17,907 nt of DNA from Alphaproteobacteria bacterium (lineage in GTDB: Bacteria > Pseudomonadota > Alphaproteobacteria > UBA7887): contig CBDCGL010000005.1 in assembly GCA_965216755.1 (NCBI GenBank), positions 1 to 17,907 on the forward strand, given 5' to 3'. Below the pieces are notes generated by a model. It saw only the letters and a program-made list of their open reading frames with translations, had not been told where the DNA came from and ran no database searches. The translations under genes and the position numbers were made by a program. Below are positions 1 to 7,328 of this stretch, one piece after another (position 1 is the stretch's first letter; each line of letters begins with the position of its first letter).

Positions 1-1
1 G

Positions 2-784
2 AACGGCAGTGTGGCATTCGACGACGAGGGCAACCCGTCGTACTACGTCGAGGGATGGCGCGGTGGCCGGGACAGCGGCAATATCGTGATCACCGCGGCG
101 CACTGCGTCGTCGGCGACGACGGCTTTGACATCCCGGCCGAAGCGCTCGAGGTCGTCATTGGCACGACGAACCTCGCCGACGGTTCGGGCGTGCTGGTCG
201 GGGTGCGCGAGGTCATCTCGCACTACGGCTACAACGACGATCTAGACAACGACATCGCTATCCTGATCCTCGACGAAGTGCCACCGGCGGCGGACACGAT
301 GTCCCCGCGCAGTATCATGCTGCCCGAATGGCGCCATGTGCGCACGTATTCGCAGGTCACCGCCGCGCACAACGTAAACGGATGGGGTGCCACCGAGACC
401 GGCTATCTCTCGGATGTCCTAATGACGGTGCGGGTCCCCTATTCGGACCAGCAGGTCTGCCGAGAGGTCCATGCTCAGTTCGGGGCCGAACTCAGGCCAG
501 GAAACTTCTGCGCGGGATTCGTGACCGGTGGGTTGGACAGCTGCGCGGGCGATTCGGGCGGTCCGTTATTCTACCGGCCCGTCTCTGGCTCGGGCACGGA
601 TTTCGGCCCGCCGATCATGTCGGGTGTCGTCAGTTGGGGGATCGGCTGTGCACAACCCGACTTCCCCGGCGTCTATACCAGCGTGTTTGTCCACAAGGAG
701 TGGATCGAGGCGGCAGTCTGGAGCTGCGCAGGATACTTTCTCGAGCCCGAGGACGGTTACGTGCCCGAGGCCACTTGCGATTGA
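2..784 (+). CDS. Trypsin-like serine protease (S1A family), 5'-truncated by the window edge
   Basis: Catalytic triad motifs TAAHC, DNDIA and GDSGGP are present, plus GVVSWGIGCA..PGVYT. The Asp in DSCAGDSGGP matches the trypsin S1-pocket Asp189. The frame is open to the window start. Confidence 0.92.
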   Translation, partial: NGSVAFDDEGNPSYYVEGWRGGRDSGNIVITAAHCVVGDDGFDIPAEALEVVIGTTNLADGSGVLVGVREVISHYGYNDDLDNDIAILILDEVPPAADTMSPRSIMLPEWRHVRTYSQVTAAHNVNGWGATETGYLSDVLMTVRVPYSDQQVCREVHAQFGAELRPGNFCAGFVTGGLDSCAGDSGGPLFYRPVSGSGTDFGPPIMSGVVSWGIGCAQPDFPGVYTSVFVHKEWIEAAVWSCAGYFLEPEDGYVPEATCD

Positions 785-1375
785 GTGAAACGACCGACCT
801 TCACATCGCAGCCAATAAGATGGTTGTTACCGGCAAAGGAGTCAGCTCGAAAAGACCATCGCTATCCGTAAACGATTGGTGCTCGTCGCGTCTAAGCTTG
901 GAGTTCTGTTTGCGGAGAACGATCTGAACTAAGTCGCGCGCGGTCGAAACCATGATTCGTTTCACTGACAAGCCATCTCACAAATTCTTTAGGACCTCGG
1001 CTGTTCCGCGAGGTCTTGGCCAGTCGTCATAAAACAGACGCGGCCGTCGCGAGCGTGCGTGTCGGTTTCGGGCTCAAAGGCGATATTTTGTGCAACGCTG
1101 GACAAGGACCACTCTTGGCTGAGGCTGTCGAATCAGTCTGTTTAGAACGGTTTTAGGGGTCCGCCTTCGCCCGGAACAGCATGGCACAGAATCGGCAATT
1201 TCGTGGAACGAAGCCGCTATGTCGTCTCAAAGGGTACTGCAATGAATCAAATATGGTCGAGGTAGCATCTCCGCGTGCCCGCAAACTGAACAGTCCCACT
1301 TGGAATTCATTCTCGGAAGTGCCAACAAACATTCGCAATTCGGAGAACCGATCTTCCGATAGGTATCTGTACAAT

Positions 1376-1403
1376 GTTTTTCATAATAGAGGTTATCGGA
1401 TTA
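1376..1403 (-). other. dif/pdif-like 28-bp Xer-type recombination site (putative)
   Basis: Minus strand reads TAATCCGATAA-CCTCTA-TTATGAAAAAC: an 11-6-11 layout with the ATAA-N6-TTATG core typical of dif sites. It is intergenic if the next gene starts at 1508. Confidence 0.45.
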
Positions 1404-1507
1404 AGTCGGGGCAGGTACACAGCACTCCTTTGCCTGCCTTGTCATATGGATTTCTATTCACAATATATGACACACTAAACATCCCGGTAGCTATGAGGAT
1501 TGATGCT

Positions 1508-2185
1508 ATGAAAGTGGGGATAGCCACGGCTTTGGTTTGTTTAGTTATCGCGGGCATATCAACCGCCGCGGCCTCTCAGTCACGCGCTCATGAAATTTGT
1601 GGACACCCTCCACCTGTTGCCGACGAAAGCCTAAAGGCCGCTATAGAAGGACAGGCCCAGTTGTTGGCCCGGATGTTCGGCGATGTCGATCTCAAAACAG
1701 AAATCGAAAGCGCGAAATCAGAAATATTCTCGCAGTACCCGGACGCAGAACGGACACGTTCCAACTCCTATTTTGAGTATCAAGCGTGTGTCCTCATCAT
1801 GGATGATGAAACTCTTGAGACCAGAGCAAAACTTGATGAGCTTATCCGGATCCGGACATATTTGAGAGAACCACGAAATCCGAGAGAGGAACAGAGTTCG
1901 ATACAGGGCGCCCCCTTAAAAGATGCTCAAGATGAAAACGTCTCCTTTTCTCTAAAAAAGAATCAAACCAAATTCTTATTTAAAAGAACTGTATGGATGA
2001 GTATGAGAAATCCTAGATCGACTGTCGGTGGCTCATGTGTTCATGTAACTTCAATCGGAGAAGATTTTCGTTTATGTGTTGGCCAGTATCTCGAATTCGA
2101 CATGTCTGACGGCAAGTGCCGCGTAATCTATATTGGTCCCAATGATGATCAGCAGTCTGCCGATTTCACTGTTATTTGTTCTTAG
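1508..2185 (+). CDS. Hypothetical exported protein (~225 aa)
   Basis: Lies within ORF 1181-2185. ATG at 1508 has GAGG at 1495-1498 upstream and begins a signal-peptide-like stretch MKVGIATALVCLVIAGISTAAA. No family recognised. Confidence 0.65.
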   Translation: MKVGIATALVCLVIAGISTAAASQSRAHEICGHPPPVADESLKAAIEGQAQLLARMFGDVDLKTEIESAKSEIFSQYPDAERTRSNSYFEYQACVLIMDDETLETRAKLDELIRIRTYLREPRNPREEQSSIQGAPLKDAQDENVSFSLKKNQTKFLFKRTVWMSMRNPRSTVGGSCVHVTSIGEDFRLCVGQYLEFDMSDGKCRVIYIGPNDDQQSADFTVICS

Positions 2186-2234
2186 AGAAGTGTTCCAACG
2201 ATTGTCCAGGGACAAGGTTTAGACTTTAGGGTTT

Positions 2235-2262
2235 CGGTGCACGACTCAAGATTTAGTGTCCA
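2235..2262 (+). repeat. Degenerate direct-repeat copy of the resolvase crossover site at 4517-4544
   Basis: GGTGCACGACTCAAGATTTA (2236-2255) vs GGTGCACAACTCAAGACTTA (4518-4537): 18/20 identical; the rest of the right arm diverges. Confidence 0.55.
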
Positions 2263-2403
2263 CAGGCGCGCCGCTTTTGCCATAACTCAACAAGTAAAGG
2301 CCTATCTTGCACTGCAACATGGCTGTGCTGAATATTTTGGAAGAGAAATAGAAACGGATGGGCAGGGCGCAGGCATAAGATGTTGATTGGATAACCGCCG
2401 TGC

Positions 2404-2487
2404 TCACATCTGAGTCCGATGCTGCTTCGTCAAATCCACCTCATCACGCAGAACCCGGACAATCAGAATATGGGCATCGGCGATCAT
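2404..2487 (-). pseudogene. Possible C-terminal remnant of a ParE/RelE-family toxin
   Basis: Translates MIADAHILIVRVLRDEVDLTKQH, resembling the ParE C-terminal I-x-I-V-R-V-L-H-x-x-M-D motif. There is an in-frame stop shortly upstream. Confidence 0.35.
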
Positions 2488-2851
2488 CCCGCCCGAAATA
2501 GCGCACCACCTCTTCCAAGGTCATCAGGTCCTGGACCTCGATCGACCAGGATTCGCCCTGAATGCCCTGGCGGTCTTGCGCGGCGCAGGCGACTTCGGAG
2601 CGGCAGGTGACGATCAATAAGGCCCTGCCCAAATATGGCCTAATCGATTGAAACCACACATGAAATCGCATGAAATCTGATTTTTCTTGCAAACATATAT
2701 GAGATCGCAAAATCTTGGGGACCAAATCTTCAATGGATATCTATTTGACGATGTACGGGTGGTGGTCGAATCCCACGTCAACGCATCGGACCGATCCGAA
2801 CACTGATCAGTAGGGACGGGCGTGCTTCCTGGCACGTGCCGCGTTTAAAGG

Positions 2852-3739
2852 GTGGCTATGGCTGAAACGAAGCTCGAGACCGGCGGCCCGCCGGACATCA
2901 GTAAAAACACGGTATATGCACGGGTTGAACAAGAAGAGTCGTCCGGTGCCAAGATGGTTTATATTTGTGGGCTCTTTCATAGAACAAATATTGTTGTCCC
3001 GTGCATAGATTTGGATGGCCGTCGTTCCAACGAATACTTGTCGTATTGTCAATTAGGGCTGCATCTCCGTCACGTTAATTTTGAAACGGGGTATACGGAA
3101 GATATTTATGCAAAAGATGAAATAATTGATAACTCTTGGACGATTACCACTTTTGGTTATACTATAATATTTGATGTTGATTCATTTTCTAAACCTGAAA
3201 TACAGTTTTATTTTTATTATCGATTCCCTATGCTTGATAAGCGGAGTGAAGTGACATTAGAGACATCATTGAAGGCGCTGCTAAAACAACACGGGCTTCA
3301 GGGTCCCGCTGCTGATCGCCTATGCGCTGGAGTGGCGGCAGAGCATTTCGAGAAGGTCGCCCGTCAGAAAAATGGCTTGCCAATCAAACTACCCCGATAC
3401 GGCGAAATACCGCTCTATAAGGAGCGGAACGACCGAAAAATGAACCCGGTCGTGTTCTATAACCTGTATTGGAAACCGTATGCTGACGCTGGATTGCTTT
3501 TTCAGAACATTTTACGAAAATATGATACGCCGCTAATTGACGCGATCCACGGTTATTGTCGGCGCAACTCTGCAAATCCGAATGTGCCTGCAGCGATCGA
3601 CGTTCTCCCGCCTCCGATAAAGTCATACACGGAAAAGCAACTTTCGCGACCTGACGCATCCGCAATTGACAAAAGCCGCGCTTGGCAAGCGTTGCGGCGC
3701 CGACAATGCTCGGATCGAACAAAAAGAGAACCCTCCTAA
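2852..3739 (+). CDS. Hypothetical protein (295 aa; start uncertain, ATG at 2858 possible)
   Basis: Long ORF with an AT-rich 5' half and a basic, helical-looking C-terminal half. No family recognised. Confidence 0.65.
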   Translation: MAMAETKLETGGPPDISKNTVYARVEQEESSGAKMVYICGLFHRTNIVVPCIDLDGRRSNEYLSYCQLGLHLRHVNFETGYTEDIYAKDEIIDNSWTITTFGYTIIFDVDSFSKPEIQFYFYYRFPMLDKRSEVTLETSLKALLKQHGLQGPAADRLCAGVAAEHFEKVARQKNGLPIKLPRYGEIPLYKERNDRKMNPVVFYNLYWKPYADAGLLFQNILRKYDTPLIDAIHGYCRRNSANPNVPAAIDVLPPPIKSYTEKQLSRPDASAIDKSRAWQALRRRQCSDRTKREPS

Positions 3740-4052
3740 CAGATTGTGTTTATGTATGTTTTCGAGACAATCGGCAGCGGCACATTATTCGTCGGGCTAA
3801 ACTCGTAACTGTCTGCGTCATTTGCGTTGACATGCCGAGACGTCTGACGGAGTATTCTTTGGCGCCAGTGAATATAACCCGATCGGAAACGACAGAAACA
3901 ACCTGATCTTCACTGGCCAGTGCGACGCCACACTTTGTGGCTAGAGAATCTGCGTGAACAACGGACCGCTGAAAGAGGACGGGCTTTCAGTGAATGCGAT
4001 AGAGAATGTTCTGTTGCAAACGTAGAAGCGCGCCTTCCGGCAGGAGGTGAAG

Positions 4053-4505
4053 ATGGCGTATGCGATTTCTATTTTGCTATATTTGGCGCTCGCGTCAGGC
4101 GGTAATGCGGTGGCGACCATTGACACGTTGGATGGTTACTTTGCCCACTACCTAACGTCTATAGCCAGAAATGGGAAAAAACCGACCGCCCACGACGGTG
4201 TTTTCTTCTTTGAGGTGTTTGAAAATGTATACCTATGTTTATCCGGCGGCGGATTAATTACAGAATGTTTGTTTCAACTTGATCCGTTTCAAATATTTTG
4301 GGCGCTAACAACAATTGGTGCATTAGTGGCCATAACTATGGCGGCAACAAAGACAACCATAAAGGCAATAAAAAAATATAATAATAAACACTTATCTGCG
4401 AGGGATCAGTCCATAGAACGGAAAATATTGCGCGCTAGGGATCGAATTTCCAAACGTAGTCGCCGGTCCGAGGAATCGCAGTCCCAACCAAGGGGCAAGA
4501 CATAG
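4053..4505 (+). CDS. Hypothetical membrane protein (~150 aa)
   Basis: SD GGAGG at 4043-4047 precedes ATG 4053. N-terminal signal/TM segment, a second hydrophobic segment IFWALTTIGALVAITMAA, and a very basic C-terminal tail. Confidence 0.65.
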   Translation: MAYAISILLYLALASGGNAVATIDTLDGYFAHYLTSIARNGKKPTAHDGVFFFEVFENVYLCLSGGGLITECLFQLDPFQIFWALTTIGALVAITMAATKTTIKAIKKYNNKHLSARDQSIERKILRARDRISKRSRRSEESQSQPRGKT

Positions 4506-4516
4506 GTCAAGTGCTC

Positions 4517-4605
4517 TGGTGCACAACTCAAGACTTATGCACCACTCGCAAAAACCGCAGAATTCTGCGCTGTGGATATGGTGCACATTCACGGTGCATG
4601 TACTT
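4517..4605 (+). other. res site of the adjacent serine resolvase
   Basis: Site I-like TGGTGCACAACTC-AA-GACTTATGCACCA (4517-4544): 13-bp inverted arms matching 11/13 around a central AA. Further TGGTGCAC/GGTGCA half-sites at ~4578-4598, just upstream of the resolvase ATG. Confidence 0.7.
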
Positions 4606-4629
4606 TCCTGATTTGGTAGGCTAGTAGCC

Positions 4630-5187
4630 ATGTTGATTGGCTACGCAAGAGTCTCCAGCAAAGGCCAGAATCTGGATCGCCAAATCGCGGCGCTGCGGGG
4701 GGCGCGGTGCGATAGGATTTACCGCGATAAAGCCTCAGGCGAGTCAGTCAAAGGGCGACCGCAGCTGGAGAAAGCCATCGACGCCCTGGGCATGGATGAC
4801 GTGCTGGTGCTGGCTGAGTGGGACAGGGCGACGCGTTCTATGATGGACGGCATTGCAATCATTCAGCGCGTGGCCGACCGTGGGGCTTTGGTCAAAGCAC
4901 TCGACAAACCCTGGCTCGATCTCACAAGCGTGATGGGGAAGGGGATCTTGGCGTTTTTGTCGGCCCTGGCCGAGGATGAACGGGAACGCATCGTCAAGAG
5001 AGCCGCGGAAGGCCGGAAACTCGCCCGCGCCAAAGGCGTTAAGTTCGGGCCAAATCCCAAGCTAACAGCACACCAACAATCCGTAGCCCTGGAACGATTG
5101 GCCGCCGGCGACAGCTGCCGCGGCATCGCCCGTGATATGGGCGTGTCTCATTCCACGATTTCACGGCTGCAAAGGGCGGCGGCATAG
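4630..5187 (+). CDS. Serine recombinase (resolvase/invertase family) with C-terminal HTH
   Basis: IGYARVSS (catalytic Ser), Q..DRQ, RPQL, WDRATRS, AEDER..I..R..EG, G.KFG and a C-terminal HTH (IARDMGVSHSTISR). Confidence 0.95.
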   Translation: MLIGYARVSSKGQNLDRQIAALRGARCDRIYRDKASGESVKGRPQLEKAIDALGMDDVLVLAEWDRATRSMMDGIAIIQRVADRGALVKALDKPWLDLTSVMGKGILAFLSALAEDERERIVKRAAEGRKLARAKGVKFGPNPKLTAHQQSVALERLAAGDSCRGIARDMGVSHSTISRLQRAAA

Positions 5188-5289
5188 AGCAGGCGGCTGC
5201 CTGAGAGATTGTGATCCGCTCAACAGGGGAATGCCTAGATCAGGACTTATAGGCTTGAAGGGATAACGATCGAAGGAAATTAGTCAATC

Positions 5290-6573
5290 ATGCCGGATAA
5301 AAATGAACTTGAAGAAATAGTATCTCACGTTCTCAATGGATATATAGATTCTGATGATTTTAACGGCACTCCTCTCTCTGGATTGATGAATGCCTTCAAT
5401 ATCGAAGAAGCTCAGAAAAAGAAGATCATTTCGGATCTTCTGTCCAACAATAAGATCACGCTCTGTTTCTCAGATTCTGGTAATTCTCACATCAAGCGAC
5501 TCCCCGATCTACCTTTAGAAAAGCAGATTGAAAAGTTACAAAAGGAACGCCTCGAACACGTATGCGCCTATCCATCCTGCGAAGTGTTATCGGGTCACTT
5601 TGAGAATCAAGATTATATAGACCGACCTTTCACTCGGGAGCTTTTCCTAGGAGCAGCGCAGCTTGAGGCACGCTTCTTCGATATGGGTGTTCTAGAGCGC
5701 TATCGTAATGATCCGCGATATCACTTCGGTTTCAGAGAATTTAGCGGGATCATATCAATTGCATCAAAATATTATAGAACAGACGATGTGCTTGAACGAG
5801 ATCAAGTACTTCTTGAAAGCTTCGGTCTTGCTATCAGTGAAGAGAAGGATCGTAAAATTGCAGCATTTTTGCGCTATCTCCATAATCTGACAGCAGAACA
5901 CCAACAATACTGGAAAAGCTACGAAATAAATGGTGACGGATATATTCTTGTTCCAGAATACTATATGCCATCAATAATTGGTGATTTCCCAACCCATGTG
6001 CCGATCTACCAGGGAATTTTGGAGGAAATCAAAATTGTCAACGAAATGTGTATCCGTATCGGAAAACCGGTTCTATTTCGCGAGGTATTTGAAGACGAAA
6101 CGCCGCTCGAGTTCGGTCTTTTTCTGAGACCCACACAGAAAGACTTTGATGCGTTCATTCATACCGCTGACAAGATTCTCTCCGAGAATCTAAATCAAGA
6201 ATTTTTTGCATCGTGGCCACAACTCATACTTGATACCGTAACAGAGAACAAGGACGGTACGCAGACTAAAACCAGAAAAGGCACGGTGCAACTTCTTGAC
6301 AACTGGCTTCAGGACGTCATCCAAGGGGCAGAAAAAGAAGTTATAGACAAAATCATTGAAGCATTCAAAAAAGTAAGACAACTAAGGCAGGTTCCAGCTC
6401 ACAAAATTAATCCTAATAGTTATGACAACTCTTATATTAATAAACAAAGGGACATCTTGAATAAAATATACGTCTCTGTGCGTTTCATCCGCTTGATGCT
6501 TACAAATCATCCGGCGGCCAAAGGCGTGGAGGTACCCGACTGGTTACAAGAAGGACTCTTGCGAAATTACTGA
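5290..6573 (+). CDS. Hypothetical 427-aa protein with C-terminal HEPN-like motif (candidate RNase/defence protein)
   Basis: Long AT-rich ORF with AAGGA upstream. RQVPAH (R366-H371) fits the HEPN Rx4H motif in a helical-looking C-terminal region. No Walker A motif seen. Confidence 0.75.
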   Translation: MPDKNELEEIVSHVLNGYIDSDDFNGTPLSGLMNAFNIEEAQKKKIISDLLSNNKITLCFSDSGNSHIKRLPDLPLEKQIEKLQKERLEHVCAYPSCEVLSGHFENQDYIDRPFTRELFLGAAQLEARFFDMGVLERYRNDPRYHFGFREFSGIISIASKYYRTDDVLERDQVLLESFGLAISEEKDRKIAAFLRYLHNLTAEHQQYWKSYEINGDGYILVPEYYMPSIIGDFPTHVPIYQGILEEIKIVNEMCIRIGKPVLFREVFEDETPLEFGLFLRPTQKDFDAFIHTADKILSENLNQEFFASWPQLILDTVTENKDGTQTKTRKGTVQLLDNWLQDVIQGAEKEVIDKIIEAFKKVRQLRQVPAHKINPNSYDNSYINKQRDILNKIYVSVRFIRLMLTNHPAAKGVEVPDWLQEGLLRNY

Positions 6574-6583
6574 TCTGGAGCAG

Positions 6584-6610
6584 TGATACAGAATGGCGCA
6601 TTCTGTATCA
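6584..6610. repeat. Perfect inverted repeat (12-bp arms) between convergent genes; terminator or recombinase/protein-binding site
   Basis: TGATACAGAATG-GCG-CATTCTGTATCA; no flanking U-tract. Confidence 0.7.
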
Positions 6611-6736
6611 GGGCATCCCGAATTTGCCGGAAATCGGCCATTTCAGACGCTCTCTCGTCGCACTGACGCACGATTGCCCGGCCAATCGGTTCTAAGGAAC
6701 GCGAGAGACGCCGTTTTCATGGTCGTAATTCGGAGA

Positions 6737-7264
6737 TCAGTCAGCTTTAGGAGGTCTACGGACCATCCGCTCCAAGTCTTTATCTGTGAGCGGCCTATTG
6801 TCGGGGTCATCAGTTTTCTTATCGTATGGGATTTTATGCCAGACGGCAGGGGCTGCCCCGTTCTCAATCGCGGCCTGCACATGCGCCTCAACCTCTGCAG
6901 AACAATAGGTACGGCCTTCATCGGCGTCCCTCAATCCCCGCTCAAGCGATCGCTGCAAAAGTTCATGTTTGATATCGTCGTGCGGCGCGATCTCTCTTGC
7001 CTGCCCCATGAGAACAAAAACCGCTTCGGACGGATCAACGAAAATTTCCCGCTCCACCAAATCAAGAATCCAGTCGGCCATATCCGGCGGCAAGTATGCC
7101 TCAAATTCAAGGCCGCCCTTACGTGCTTGCTCTCTCAGTGATCGGGCTTGGTCCTTGGCAAGACTGCGTTTAATCGCAGTCGCAGTGACCTCCTCATAAA
7201 TGCCGTCATCTTTCAAAGAATCATCGAATGACGAACCGATGTGGGGGTTTTTCTTACGACTCAT
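6737..7264 (-). CDS. Antitoxin-like chimeric protein (XRE-antitoxin N-terminus + CopG/ParD-like core)
   Basis: Strong SD AAGGAGGT. N-terminus KNPHIGSSFDD.L..DGIYEEVTA.AIKR resembles XRE/HigA-like antitoxins. Core GGL.FEAYLPP..ADW.L..VE...F.DPSEAVFV resembles CopG/ParD-like proteins. Confidence 0.7.
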   Translation of the reverse strand: MSRKKNPHIGSSFDDSLKDDGIYEEVTATAIKRSLAKDQARSLREQARKGGLEFEAYLPPDMADWILDLVEREIFVDPSEAVFVLMGQAREIAPHDDIKHELLQRSLERGLRDADEGRTYCSAEVEAHVQAAIENGAAPAVWHKIPYDKKTDDPDNRPLTDKDLERMVRRPPKAD

Positions 7265-7328
7265 AACGACGCACCTCCTTCATGCGGTCTTCTGGCATAA
7301 CCCCGAGAATCAGTTCAGCCAGTGGTCA

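Noticed and set aside
328-927. Overlapping or antisense ORFs (328-927, 6593-7141, 7200-7601, 10957-11523, 12175-12816, 14200-14712, 15687-16067 and similar)
   Set aside because: Shadow frames of better-supported genes or of the origin; no motifs.
1181-1507. 109-codon N-terminal extension of the 334-aa ORF
   Set aside because: Does not look protein-like; the SD and signal peptide fit a start at 1508 (or 1493).
3927-3941. GCCACACTTTGTGGC as a copy of the second resolvase's res arm
   Set aside because: The GCCAC/GTGGC arms are only 5-6 bp with the wrong spacing; likely chance.
4516-4545. Site as a cer-like Xer site (ACAA-N8-TTATG)
   Set aside because: Symmetric arms, a central AA, extra half-sites and the adjacent serine resolvase fit res site I better.
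5290-6573. ATPase assignment for the 427-aa protein
   Set aside because: No GxxxxGK(S/T) Walker A motif.
5228-6620. GGGAATGCCCTAGATCA and TGTATCAGGGCATCCC as terminal inverted repeats around the HEPN-like gene
   Set aside because: Only ATGCCCT matches exactly; no target duplication or transposase seen.
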